A stretch of DNA of 64,000 nt. Origin: a virus (taxonomy: Duplodnaviria; Caudoviricetes). Position 1 is the stretch's first letter; each line of letters starts with the position of its first letter. Location of the stretch: IMG/VR virus record IMGVR_UViG_3300015360_000023, positions 128,001-192,000 of that record. One strand, written 5' to 3'. The notes under the pieces were generated by a model. It was given only the letters and a program-made list of their open reading frames with translations. It was not told where the DNA came from and did not search any database. The position numbers were made by a program, and so were the translations under genes. Below are positions 19,972 to 30,389 of the stretch, one piece after another.

Positions 19972-21435
19972 TTATGGGATTAAGTTTGGACCATTCCATG
20001 GAATGTATAGTCCCCTTCTTAGATGTTGATATGATCTTGCAAAATCTGTTGTAGGGGAGAAATCTCCAAAGTTTGAGCGCCCTTCTCTAAGGTGAGGGAT
20101 AGTGCCAATTGTTCTTGGAGCAAATGGATAAACTGAAGCGTTTTGTCCACTAGAAACAACCCCCCATCTATCTAGTGTTGCTTGCATAATGTCTATTGGT
20201 AACACTTCTGTTGAGCTAGTAAATGGGTTATCTGTAGAAAGACTATCGAAAATAGGACTAGCTCCTTGAGAAACGCCAGTTACGTAAGTCCACATTGCGG
20301 CGGAAGTAACACAAGGAGTTCCGAATGGTGTAGATCCCATTCCCTGTGATGATCCTCTAGAAAGGAAAAAGGAGCCCGCAGGAGATCCTAGCATTGCGAA
20401 TAACGCACCATCATTAATGCATCTAGATCCAAAACCATCGCTACCTGTAAATCCAGTACCAAGAACAAATAATCTAGCATGATTATTAACTGGTAATGGA
20501 GATGGTTCATTTTCAGCAAGTCCTACACAAAGAATATTAGAATCTGGTAAGGTTCCATTACCAGGACGACGGCAATACATTACTACGCCTTGTCCAGTAT
20601 CATCTCCAATTAATGTTAATCTGAATTGAATTCCAGAATAACCACCATCTCCAAATCCCGGAGCGCCCCCTAGAAAATTAGTACTACTGCTATTGTACCA
20701 CATTGGAGCATGAAAGTGCTTTCCAAATGCAGCAAAATCTCCAGCACTATTTCCACTAAATCCTGGTGATACAGTCATTGCTGGGCAGTTTCTAGCCGCC
20801 AAATCAGTTGCCACATCTCCCGTGCTTTCGTTACAAATTCTTACTTGATAACCAGTTACATGCGGACTCTGTAGAATTATTCTTGGAGTAGTAGAATTAC
20901 CATCTCCCCTATACTCTGTTGATGTTTTAATAGAATTAGGTGCGCCTTGAGATGGGCAATTTAAGTCTTTTTCATATAGCCACCATTGAATGGTATCCGT
21001 AGCTTCAACTGGAGGTTTATCTCCTAAAGTTCTATAATCAATAACATAAGAGTTTGTAGATATCTCAATTCCTACAATCAAGAAAATTCCAGAGTTGAAA
21101 GTAGGATTAGCTGTACTTTTAAGAACAAGCAACCTTCCAATATCATTTCCTGTGACAGATCTAACGCTAACAGGAATGGAAACATAAAATTCTTTTTGAG
21201 TTCCAATATTGATTCCAGCTTTATTGCCCATAGGAAAACTAGCAGCACCAGTTGGGTTAATATCACCAGTAGCAATTAATAATGTTCCAATAGCGTTAAT
21301 TGGATAGTTAGTATCTCCGATATAAGAGTATGATAATATCCTTCTCATAAATATAGATAAAAGGTATGTATAAACATATTGTCTAGTTGTAGATATGTTT
21401 TGAGTTAGATAATCTCTGCAAAGGTGTGTAGCCAT
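19972..21435 (-). CDS. Virion protein, paralog A3 (insert-free scaffold)
   Basis: CRDY, RIILQSPH, HLRRGLYIPWNGP. Confidence 0.7.
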   Translation of the reverse strand: MATHLCRDYLTQNISTTRQYVYTYLLSIFMRRILSYSYIGDTNYPINAIGTLLIATGDINPTGAASFPMGNKAGINIGTQKEFYVSIPVSVRSVTGNDIGRLLVLKSTANPTFNSGIFLIVGIEISTNSYVIDYRTLGDKPPVEATDTIQWWLYEKDLNCPSQGAPNSIKTSTEYRGDGNSTTPRIILQSPHVTGYQVRICNESTGDVATDLAARNCPAMTVSPGFSGNSAGDFAAFGKHFHAPMWYNSSSTNFLGGAPGFGDGGYSGIQFRLTLIGDDTGQGVVMYCRRPGNGTLPDSNILCVGLAENEPSPLPVNNHARLFVLGTGFTGSDGFGSRCINDGALFAMLGSPAGSFFLSRGSSQGMGSTPFGTPCVTSAAMWTYVTGVSQGASPIFDSLSTDNPFTSSTEVLPIDIMQATLDRWGVVSSGQNASVYPFAPRTIGTIPHLREGRSNFGDFSPTTDFARSYQHLRRGLYIPWNGPNLIP

Positions 21436-21444
21436 TATTTTCCC

Positions 21445-23070
21445 TTAAGCTCCAAACAATATAAGTTGATGTGGGATGATTGCATTGTCCCAGGGCCAAC
21501 AAATACCGTTTTGCATCTGTATAAACTCGCCATTTAAACCAATTCTGTGATGCTTTGGTACGTGTGTTCCTGTAAATTTAACTGTTCTTAATCTAATTCT
21601 CGCAAGTTGATATTGATTAGTAATACCAGGAAGACATAGTAGTCCATCAGAAATTGGAATAGTTCCCGCAATCGTATTATAACCAACTCTATAATCGCTT
21701 AATGATTGACCGAATACATCAGGGGTGCCATCACCTCTTAAGGCCTTGACTAGAGTTCTGTATGGTCTATTAGTAACGGCATCACCGCTATGAGTGCGCA
21801 TAGTAAATCCGCCACCATAACTTCCACTTGTACTACTAGTATTTAAACCGTTAGTAGTCGTAAATAGAATTGCCATTGGATGTAAATCTTGTCCCTGGGG
21901 ATAAAGTCTGGTTGGTATTTCAAAATGAAAACTTATTTGAAGGTTATTTTGAAATAAATCTTGCTCTCTAACATGACAAAGCATAAACGTTTTATCTGCA
22001 ATCATAGTGATGGCAGTCTGTCCACCAGAATAGGCTGCGTTGGTATTAGGATTAGCCGCAAAAAAAGTGGCATATCCATCATTTTGAAATCCATTATAAA
22101 CTGTACCGCCGCTAGTATAAGTACCATTACCAGTAGTTGTTCCAGGTACGGTACCATAATACAATCCTCCGCTGCTAACGCCAGCAAGTCCTGATAAAGA
22201 AAAAGTATTTGCTCCAGTAGAAGTTACTAAGAACATACCATTAGCATTGGTATTGCCACCAACACCAGCAATGTTAACTGTTTGTCCAGTTATAAATCCA
22301 TGTGGAGTAGAAGTAGTAACTACAATTGGTGATACGCCTGCGCCGGTTACTGAAGATACGGTTAATGTTGATCCATTCCAAGAGCCAGAGCCAGACATAC
22401 CGGCAGCCCACAAAGCGCTTGATGTATTTCCAAAATTAGTTGTATTTGCACTAGTATCCCATTGTTGAGTTAAAGAAAATTGGGAGTTTGCTTGGCCCGG
22501 ATTAATACTAGATGCATCCGTTTGAAATACCATAAAAGTACCATTAACAAATCCGGCGACCGCCCCAACAACCATATCTACAATCCTATAATTTACTCCG
22601 GTTCTTGCAGTCATCGATGGATGCTTAGTAGATGCATTAGGTGTACCACCTGTGTTAATATTAATCATTAATTGAGTAGCAGAAATTACTCTAGTAATTA
22701 GATAAATAGAGTCTTCAGAACTATTGGAGTTAGCCTTCCAAATTACTATAGCTTTACCTACCATAGCGGTATTAAATGTAGCAGAAGCGGATGTGAATAT
22801 GCAATCTCCGCTGAATAAATCTCCAGAAACGGCATCGTGAGAGCCATCTGTCCCAGAAGCTAGTAAGCTAGTGCCACCCGTAAAGTTGGTTGGAAAATTA
22901 ACTCCATTTGTTGGAAATCCGCCAGGAATAGTTGTGGAGGCCGTTCCATTGACACAAAATCCCCAGAATTCATAGGCCCATTTCATTCTCCATGTAACAC
23001 CACCAGTTCCACCAGCGAAAGTATTGTTGGCATTTGGGTAAACCATTCCTCTAATAAATTTCATTCCCAT
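21445..23070 (-). CDS. Virion protein, paralog B3
   Basis: YEFWGFC, EDSIYLI, VNYRIVD, LARIRL, QNGICWPWD. Confidence 0.7.
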   Translation of the reverse strand: MGMKFIRGMVYPNANNTFAGGTGGVTWRMKWAYEFWGFCVNGTASTTIPGGFPTNGVNFPTNFTGGTSLLASGTDGSHDAVSGDLFSGDCIFTSASATFNTAMVGKAIVIWKANSNSSEDSIYLITRVISATQLMININTGGTPNASTKHPSMTARTGVNYRIVDMVVGAVAGFVNGTFMVFQTDASSINPGQANSQFSLTQQWDTSANTTNFGNTSSALWAAGMSGSGSWNGSTLTVSSVTGAGVSPIVVTTSTPHGFITGQTVNIAGVGGNTNANGMFLVTSTGANTFSLSGLAGVSSGGLYYGTVPGTTTGNGTYTSGGTVYNGFQNDGYATFFAANPNTNAAYSGGQTAITMIADKTFMLCHVREQDLFQNNLQISFHFEIPTRLYPQGQDLHPMAILFTTTNGLNTSSTSGSYGGGFTMRTHSGDAVTNRPYRTLVKALRGDGTPDVFGQSLSDYRVGYNTIAGTIPISDGLLCLPGITNQYQLARIRLRTVKFTGTHVPKHHRIGLNGEFIQMQNGICWPWDNAIIPHQLILFGA

Positions 23071-23094
23071 CTAAAACTCCTCTAAGTAAACAAA

Positions 23095-23109
23095 ATACCT
23101 AAATATTAG
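23095..23109 (-). promoter_or_regulatory. Candidate late-promoter motif CTAA-N7-GTAT
   Basis: CTAATATTTAGGTAT on the minus strand, upstream of the GAGGAG RBS of the B3 gene. Confidence 0.4.
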
Positions 23110-23113
23110 GTGG

Positions 23114-24622
23114 TCATGCGGCCCACCACTCAATTATCTCGATATCGCTATAAGGCCCTCCACATGGAAATACTGGCGCATTATCTAGTCTAATTGTAGT
23201 ATCTACCCAAGTTACTGGTGTCGGAGTAGAACAAGATAAATCATAAACTCTTAGCTTATAATAAACGATTTGATCTGTTAATTGATTTGGTAGTGCTCCA
23301 TAATTATAAATTTGCTGAAAATATGATAAAGGCCTAGCAATATTAGCTATTCTAAGATCAGAGATCATAAAATTAGCTTCTTCCTTTGTTGGAGAGGAAG
23401 TTACTAAATATGGTGGAGTAGCTCCAATTGCTAAATATCCTGAGGCGGAGCTTGTAGGAGTAAAAATTAATCTTGTGTTAGCTGCTGGGATTGTAGTAGC
23501 ATTACTAAAAACGGTACTTTTACCACCTGCTGCACTTTGTATACCAATAGACACTGTATTAACAGAGGTAGAGGTTGTATATAAAGTTTCATAAACATCT
23601 AAACCTTCAAAAAATTTGATTTCGGCATTTAGAGTACCTCCCGCCAAAGAGTTCATTCTCCATTCAATAATAAATGTTCTATTTGGGGCACTTCCTACTG
23701 TAGTGGTAAAAATACCTAATCCACCACCACTCGTAGTAGTATCTCTCTCACAAACGTTAATAAGGGGACCTAGTCCAGCATTCGGTAAGCTAAAACCAAA
23801 TGCATTTGTATTTTGTCCAAATTCTACAAATCCATTAGAAGAAGCAAAAACAGACGAATAAGAAGCTCCATATAAATTAACAGTAAATGGTAAGCTTACT
23901 GATGTCATTACTTCATCTCCATGATTTCCAATATCATCAACTCCTGGAATATAAGTCCCTGTAGAAGAAGTAATAGCATAACTGACATCATTATATACTA
24001 TTGATTGAGTTGTTGCCGCTAATGTATTTAATTGAGTAGCGCCGCTATATCTTATTAACTGACAGCCGTTTAAATAAGCTCTAATATTGGTTCCATCATG
24101 AGTCATTCCTATATGATTCCATTGTGCCAATGGCATTGGAAAATCTGTAATGGTCATATTAGTCTGAGTAGTTGCTGAGTTACTAAAGCCAAAATATAAA
24201 TCTTGTCCGCTGTTTGTGGAAGCATTTGATATTTCAAATGAGAAGAAGGGGGACGCAGAGGTATTGGTAATAGTATGATCTCTAAATAGTTTTCTTACAT
24301 ATTGTTGAAAGCTACCATTGTTAATATACCCTCTTTGATTAAGCCAGAAAGATAATGTAAATGGTGGTTGTGGATTAATAGTATTGGCGCCAAAGATATA
24401 ATTTCTAGTAGCTGATGCGCCAGTTGGATAGTTACCAGTTCCAGGAAACCACGGACAATTTCCACCATGAATTCCGGTTGCTGTTCTTATTATTGTTCCT
24501 GATACACTCAAATCAGTTAAACTATTATTAGGTGAAGTAACCCCTGTATTTCTATAAACGCCTGAGGTTTCATCTAATTTATAAACTAGTATGTCATTTG
24601 AGTCTGGATTTACTTTAGCCAT
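23114..24622 (-). CDS. LamG / concanavalin A-like domain virion protein 1
   Basis: WNHIGMTHDGTNIRAYLNG; DLRIANIARP; extra inserted domain; C-terminal YYKLRVYDL module. Confidence 0.75.
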   Translation of the reverse strand: MAKVNPDSNDILVYKLDETSGVYRNTGVTSPNNSLTDLSVSGTIIRTATGIHGGNCPWFPGTGNYPTGASATRNYIFGANTINPQPPFTLSFWLNQRGYINNGSFQQYVRKLFRDHTITNTSASPFFSFEISNASTNSGQDLYFGFSNSATTQTNMTITDFPMPLAQWNHIGMTHDGTNIRAYLNGCQLIRYSGATQLNTLAATTQSIVYNDVSYAITSSTGTYIPGVDDIGNHGDEVMTSVSLPFTVNLYGASYSSVFASSNGFVEFGQNTNAFGFSLPNAGLGPLINVCERDTTTSGGGLGIFTTTVGSAPNRTFIIEWRMNSLAGGTLNAEIKFFEGLDVYETLYTTSTSVNTVSIGIQSAAGGKSTVFSNATTIPAANTRLIFTPTSSASGYLAIGATPPYLVTSSPTKEEANFMISDLRIANIARPLSYFQQIYNYGALPNQLTDQIVYYKLRVYDLSCSTPTPVTWVDTTIRLDNAPVFPCGGPYSDIEIIEWWAA

Positions 24623-24631
24623 GTTATCCTT

Positions 24632-25570
24632 TTATAAACCTATTATAGTCCAAGTGTCTAAAATATCTATTGGTCCAAGAGTTCCACATGGTGTTGCTGG
24701 GGCGTCATCATAATTAATAGTAGTTGATATCCAATAAACGGGGGTTATTGTGGAACAAGAAAGATCATATGCTCTTAGCTTGTAATAAATAGTGATTGGT
24801 TGTCCAGAATCAGATTGTAACATACCTTGCCTATAAACATTTTGAAAATATGATTGAGGTCTAGCTATGTTCGCAATTCTAAAATCACAAATAGAGTAAG
24901 CTCCCTCTTCTACGCTACCAGATCCAAGTGGACCTCCAAAAAACCAAGGCCCATTATTACCATAGTTGATTGCCCCTGTAGAAGCCACTTGACCAACTAA
25001 ATTTCCATTAAGATATCCATAAACAAAAGAGCCATCATAAACTAGCCCTATATGACACCAAGTTTGAATTGGGATATTGTTACCGGCATCGAGCACTATA
25101 GAACCGCCAGTACTTGGAGCTATGAATAGATCAAAAGCAGTTGATTGGGAAGTGTATGTTCTATTTTGTAATCCTACTTGAGCAAAAACTCCAGACCATG
25201 TATTAGCTGTATGCTGTTTTGAAAAATAATGTTGAGTTAATCCATTTGCATAAATTCTTAAATAAAGCCAACAAGAAAATGTAACGGGAGATTGAGGAAC
25301 AACGGCATTAGCTCCTAAAATATAATTTCTGGGAGAGCCTGCATTATTGCCTGAAAATAAAACAGAAGTATTATTGCCCGTAGCTGCAAATGGGCTTGGT
25401 TGTTGAAGCTTAGGTGCGCCAGTACCAGTCCCTGATAGGGTAGCTAAATCTGAGACAGCATGCGAGGGCGCAGAGGTAGAGGTAGAAGAGTTGATGAACG
25501 GTGCTGCCGCATCATCAAATTTCCAAACTACAATATCATTATTATCAGGATCTACTCTTGTTCCAACCAT
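24632..25570 (-). CDS. LamG / concanavalin A-like domain virion protein 2
   Basis: WCHIGLVYDGSFVYGYLNG; DFRIANIARP; C-terminal YYKLRAYDL module. Confidence 0.75.
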   Translation of the reverse strand: MVGTRVDPDNNDIVVWKFDDAAAPFINSSTSTSAPSHAVSDLATLSGTGTGAPKLQQPSPFAATGNNTSVLFSGNNAGSPRNYILGANAVVPQSPVTFSCWLYLRIYANGLTQHYFSKQHTANTWSGVFAQVGLQNRTYTSQSTAFDLFIAPSTGGSIVLDAGNNIPIQTWCHIGLVYDGSFVYGYLNGNLVGQVASTGAINYGNNGPWFFGGPLGSGSVEEGAYSICDFRIANIARPQSYFQNVYRQGMLQSDSGQPITIYYKLRAYDLSCSTITPVYWISTTINYDDAPATPCGTLGPIDILDTWTIIGL

Positions 25571-25579
25571 TATTCCGCC

Positions 25580-26311
25580 TTAAGGTAAAAATCCATTGTA
25601 ATATATGTTTGCAAAATAAGATTGTGGCCTAGCTATATTAGCAACTCTTATGTCTTGCACTATAATTGAAGATTCTTGATTAACGCTAGTACCTGGAATG
25701 CCCCCAACATACCATTGCCCTGGACTGCCAGAAGTATTATAATCAATAGTCGCTGTGTAAGCGGCAGAAGTAGCTAAACTTCCATTAATGTACATATTCA
25801 TTGTAGTTCCATCCCAAGTTCCACCGAGATGGCACCATCTACCTACGGGAATTCCATAATTAGCGGGGCAACGTAATTGCGTTTGTAATACTCCGCCACT
25901 CGTAATGTAAAGATCGAGCTGACCATCTTGAGTTGTATGCATTTGAAAACCAAATGTTAAAAATGGATAACTCCAAGCATTTATAAAATATTGTTTATTA
26001 AAAATCTCACCAGCTACTGAGGGGTACTTTCTCATAAAGACCCATCCTGAAAGAGAAACATTTGGTGAGGCTGTAATATTATTAGCCCCTCCAGCCCCAT
26101 TACGCACGCTAGAAATAAGAATAGATCCCGGTATATAAAGAGCATTTCTTTTATTATTTATATTGAGTAAGCCCGTTGCATTGTTAACCGGCGCCCCGAA
26201 TTGAACAAAATCTCCGGCCGTTCCCGCAGTACCATCATTAATGTGAGTAGATGTACCTTGTGTTAAAGGAATAACTAATACATCATATCCGTCTGGAGAT
26301 ATTCTTGGCAT
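25580..26311 (-). CDS. LamG / concanavalin A-like domain virion protein 3
   Basis: WCHLGGTWDGTTMNMYING; DIRVANIARP. Confidence 0.75.
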   Translation of the reverse strand: MPRISPDGYDVLVIPLTQGTSTHINDGTAGTAGDFVQFGAPVNNATGLLNINNKRNALYIPGSILISSVRNGAGGANNITASPNVSLSGWVFMRKYPSVAGEIFNKQYFINAWSYPFLTFGFQMHTTQDGQLDLYITSGGVLQTQLRCPANYGIPVGRWCHLGGTWDGTTMNMYINGSLATSAAYTATIDYNTSGSPGQWYVGGIPGTSVNQESSIIVQDIRVANIARPQSYFANIYYNGFLP

Positions 26312-26320
26312 TATATTTCC

Positions 26321-27565
26321 TTATACGTACGTTATTTGTAATCGCGCATTATTGCATATAGCTCGGTCGGCTGGCGAGCCACTTACTTTCCATAATTGAA
26401 CTTCATATCTAGTTGAAACATCATTTCTAATATTTCCAGCAGAAGCACCAACTGTAAGTAATACAGATACTTCAGCAGCAATTGTATTAGTAAATTGAAA
26501 TTTAGTTCCAGTTACTAATATATTATGTGTTGTGTCCCAAAGCTGGATGTATCCATCTGTTCCTGGGGCAGAGATCTCAATATCTGCCATAAATCTGACA
26601 AATCTTCCTCGACCATCAGGTAGTGTAGCTGGGAAATTGCTCATATTTAAAACTCTTCCACCAATTCCTGCTGGAGTTGTAAAACCACTTACATCAACCC
26701 CTGTTACAATATTAATATCAGTTGGTAAAGCTAAAGGAACGAGGGCGCTAACTAAAATTGGAGAGCTATAACTAAATTCTATTCTAGCATTTCTACAAAT
26801 AACTTGGTCGTTTACCCCGCCACCCAATAAATAAATTTGAGCTTCATACATTGTAAGGTCACAGTAACCGTCTCTTATGTATCCATCAGTAGTGCCTGAT
26901 GTAATTACTGCTGAAAGCTCTACAGAAGATAAACTGTTTGTACTTAATGTAGAATTAAAAATAATTGCATTATGAGTAATGTCTTTAAGTTGAACATATC
27001 CTACGGTTGCAGTATTAGTAACCTCTAAATCTGCAATAAATTTCATTGTTCTATTTCTGCCATCTGTATATTGAGATGGAAATAGATTTAAATCAATAAC
27101 ACGGGCGCCAACTCTAGATGGGCTTGTGCTATTGGTGTAGCCGTCGCCTGATAAAAATTGAACATCAACAGGTAAAAGAACAGAAGTTGGTAAAACATTA
27201 ATAATAATGCTGCTATTAGTACTTGGAACCCAGGCAATACCATTCCAAGCAATAATTTGATTAACGCTGGGGGCTTGGTCAGAAAAGGGTCTTCCTCCAA
27301 AGCCCATAACTTTGGTTGTTGATAATCCTCCAATAACATCTCCGCTTACTCCGCTTATAGAAAGATTAGAAATAGCTAAATCCATAGCATCTAGTCTTGA
27401 TCTAACTGTAGAGTAAGCTCCACTTGGTTTAATTCCAAGCTCAGCTTCAACGGCTACAATGGCATTTCTTAGTCTATTGACAGTATCGCCTTGAACTGTG
27501 GTCGAATTGTCAGTAACTAAAGGCAATGTAACAAGATTATCTATCTGGGCAGGGTATTTGGACAT
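26321..27565 (-). CDS. Virion structural protein with a duplicated C-terminal domain
   Basis: N-terminal YPAQID..LP..AVEAELG; two copies of LPxD...GxRVxxL..FP....DGRxRxxxFxADLE...DGYIQL...YExQ...DxxICxNAR. Confidence 0.7.
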   Translation of the reverse strand: MSKYPAQIDNLVTLPLVTDNSTTVQGDTVNRLRNAIVAVEAELGIKPSGAYSTVRSRLDAMDLAISNLSISGVSGDVIGGLSTTKVMGFGGRPFSDQAPSVNQIIAWNGIAWVPSTNSSIIINVLPTSVLLPVDVQFLSGDGYTNSTSPSRVGARVIDLNLFPSQYTDGRNRTMKFIADLEVTNTATVGYVQLKDITHNAIIFNSTLSTNSLSSVELSAVITSGTTDGYIRDGYCDLTMYEAQIYLLGGGVNDQVICRNARIEFSYSSPILVSALVPLALPTDINIVTGVDVSGFTTPAGIGGRVLNMSNFPATLPDGRGRFVRFMADIEISAPGTDGYIQLWDTTHNILVTGTKFQFTNTIAAEVSVLLTVGASAGNIRNDVSTRYEVQLWKVSGSPADRAICNNARLQITYV

Positions 27566-27605
27566 GAAAGCCTTAGTTGTCTAGCGATTAAAATTTCCTG
27601 AAGAT

Positions 27606-27623
27606 ATGCTAAAAGTTTAGTAT
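27606..27623. promoter_or_regulatory. Near-palindromic candidate bidirectional late promoter
   Basis: ATGCTAAAAGTTTAGTAT fits CTAA-N7-G[TC]AT on both strands and lies between the divergent genes at 27565 and 27654. Confidence 0.45.
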
Positions 27624-27653
27624 ACTTGTGAATATACGTACAAAAGATAAAAC

Positions 27654-30389
27654 ATGACAAATTACCCTAACAGCCAAGACAATATCATCACGCTTCCTGG
27701 CGTTTCAGGAGTCACCGACGAGGACATTGCTATCAATGCCTTAAGAGAGGCCGCATTTGCAATTGAAAAAGAATTGGGAATTGTGCCTAGCGGTGTTTAT
27801 TCTGATGTTAGAGCTAGATTTGATATTCTAGAAGCTAGAATCAATAGTCCAGCATCTGGTATTATCTTAAGCGATGGCTACACTAATAGCCCATTTTTTA
27901 TTGTAAATACTCCATCAGCCGTAACGCTAAGTATCAGTGACGGATACGGAGTTCCTACTGAAAATAGAATCGATGGTTCTCTTTTCATGCGAGCAGACGG
28001 CTACGCTAATCATGAACTTTACATTCGTAGAAGCGGAGCTTGGTATCCAATGCAATCTGATTTATGGGTTGCTGGCGGAGACCTATCTGGAACTTACACG
28101 AATCAAACAGTTATTGGCATTAGGGGAAAATCTCTTAACGTATCTTTAGCTACTACGGGCGCGACCCAAGACGGATATCATCTTACTTGGAACAATGTCA
28201 TTACTTCTTGGGAAGCACAAACTGGTTTTATTGCTAATGGAGATCTTGCAATTCTTAGCGGTCCATTTGGTAGGACTGGTCAAACAGTTGTAAGACTTCA
28301 AGGCAGAACTTTAGCTAGTACAGCTCCTAGCGGAGCTACTTCTTCAGATGGTGACGGACTTGCTTGGGATCCTTCCACTAGCCAGTGGCAACCAAGGCCC
28401 CGTGCTATTATCTTTGACGGATATGTTGCTAGAAGCAATATAAGATCAAATAAAATTTTACAATCACCAATTCTAAATACTAAAACTGGTATCGTTAATT
28501 TTGGTAGTCGTTCTACTGGTGGCGCAGTGGGAGCCCAAGAAGATTACTCGGCTATTCTTTCTGGTGACAGAGGCGCAGCAACTAATACATTCAGCCTAAT
28601 AGTTGGTGGTGATAGCCATATCGTTAGCGGCCAATACGGCACTGCAATTAATGGATTAAGTAATATTATTAGCGGTCAATATGGATCTGTAATTAATGGA
28701 TTAAGTAATACTGCCTCTTCTCAATATTCTTTCGTAGGAAATGGAACGCTTAATACAGCTAGCCAGACTCATGCTTTTGTATTAGATGGCTATTCTAACA
28801 CTGCATCTGGCGTTAATTCATTTGTCTTGGGCGGGGGCAGCAACGCTCCAGCAGCCTCCTTCTCTGGAGTGCTAAACGGTATCTCCAATACCATTACTTC
28901 CACCTCAACTCATGCGGGTATCGGCTTTGGCTCCAACAACGCGATTGCTGGCGCCACGTCAACTTATACGATTATTCTAGGCGGTAGCGGCAACACGGCC
29001 AATGGACAGAACATCTTCTTAGGAAATCCAACTGGAGCCAGCGTATCCTCTGCTTATTCAGCAGTTGTCTCCGGTCAAACAAATATAATTAACGCGGCCT
29101 CAACTTTCTCATTCGTTGGCGCGGGCGTTAATAATACGCTAACCGGATTGTATGCAACAATCTTAAACGGTACAACTTCAACAGTTAACGGTTTACACGG
29201 TCTAATTCTAAATGGTAATACTAATTCTGTAACAGGAAGTTATTCTACCATCGTAAATGGGCTTAACAACATCATTAGCGGTGCAGTATCTCATGCCGGC
29301 ATCTTTGACGGATATAGCAATACAGTATCTATTTCAGGCGGACTTGTTCTAGGCGGATTTAGTAATACAGTTTCTGGATTGTATTCAACTGTTGTAAATG
29401 GTAATGGAAATAATTTTGCAGCAAGTAACTCTACAGTTCTAAATGGAAGCACTAATACGGCTGATGCTGCCAGCATGCAATGCACAGTTCTTAATGGAAC
29501 TGGTAATGCTATTATTGGTACAATTAACGGATTGATTTCAGGCAACACAAACACAGTAACTAATGCAAGTAATTCTTATGTCTTTGGTGGTTCTAACATT
29601 GTTCTAGCTGCATCTTCCAAAATTATTGGAAACAGTAATACTGTTGCGCCGGGTGGCACTTTCAATAGAATTTTTGGTAGCACAAATGCACTTAGCGCAG
29701 GGGCCACCACGAATACTATATTTGGTAATTCTAATCAATTAATAAATACGGCTAATAACTCTGTTGTGGCTGGGCATTCTAACATTGTTGATGCTGGCGG
29801 AAATAACGTTGTCTTAGGCTCAACAAATATTACAAATGGTAATTTCTCTACTGTCATGGGACAATATGGTAAGTCCAGAATGTTTGGACAATATGTTCAT
29901 GCCAACTCTAGATTCACTGGTGGAACCATTGGTCAAGCTCAGTTCTCTAGATTAATTCTAACTGGAACGGCAAACTCAGGCGCCGCTATCCAATGTTTAT
30001 TGCAGGACGCTGCACCAACGCCCCCAACGTTCGTAGATGGCTATTCTTATGATATGCAGATTAGAGTACTAGTAGTTAATACTTCTCCAATCTCACCTAA
30101 CCCTGTTGTTCCTGCTCGTTTTGTTTTTGATGTATTAGCTCATCAAGAAGGTGGCGTTCTAATCTTAGATAATATTAATCAAAGTGTAATTACTCTAAAT
30201 ACATCTGATGATCCTACGGGCGTTACCCGTACAGTAGGTTGGTCTGTCAGCGTAACAGCGTCTACTAATCAATTATTAGTTACCGTTGATCCTGAGATAT
30301 CATCCGCTAATTATGTTCAACCAACAAATACCGCATCAAATAGAAGAGCTATTGCAACTATCGATATGCGCGAGGTAACGAGACTATAA
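27654..30389 (+). CDS. Fibre/adhesin protein with 15-aa beta-solenoid repeats
   Basis: N-terminal YPNSQD..LP..AIEKELG; tandem 15-aa repeats QYGSVINGLSNTASS at about 28540-29870. Confidence 0.75.
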   Translation: MTNYPNSQDNIITLPGVSGVTDEDIAINALREAAFAIEKELGIVPSGVYSDVRARFDILEARINSPASGIILSDGYTNSPFFIVNTPSAVTLSISDGYGVPTENRIDGSLFMRADGYANHELYIRRSGAWYPMQSDLWVAGGDLSGTYTNQTVIGIRGKSLNVSLATTGATQDGYHLTWNNVITSWEAQTGFIANGDLAILSGPFGRTGQTVVRLQGRTLASTAPSGATSSDGDGLAWDPSTSQWQPRPRAIIFDGYVARSNIRSNKILQSPILNTKTGIVNFGSRSTGGAVGAQEDYSAILSGDRGAATNTFSLIVGGDSHIVSGQYGTAINGLSNIISGQYGSVINGLSNTASSQYSFVGNGTLNTASQTHAFVLDGYSNTASGVNSFVLGGGSNAPAASFSGVLNGISNTITSTSTHAGIGFGSNNAIAGATSTYTIILGGSGNTANGQNIFLGNPTGASVSSAYSAVVSGQTNIINAASTFSFVGAGVNNTLTGLYATILNGTTSTVNGLHGLILNGNTNSVTGSYSTIVNGLNNIISGAVSHAGIFDGYSNTVSISGGLVLGGFSNTVSGLYSTVVNGNGNNFAASNSTVLNGSTNTADAASMQCTVLNGTGNAIIGTINGLISGNTNTVTNASNSYVFGGSNIVLAASSKIIGNSNTVAPGGTFNRIFGSTNALSAGATTNTIFGNSNQLINTANNSVVAGHSNIVDAGGNNVVLGSTNITNGNFSTVMGQYGKSRMFGQYVHANSRFTGGTIGQAQFSRLILTGTANSGAAIQCLLQDAAPTPPTFVDGYSYDMQIRVLVVNTSPISPNPVVPARFVFDVLAHQEGGVLILDNINQSVITLNTSDDPTGVTRTVGWSVSVTASTNQLLVTVDPEISSANYVQPTNTASNRRAIATIDMREVTRL

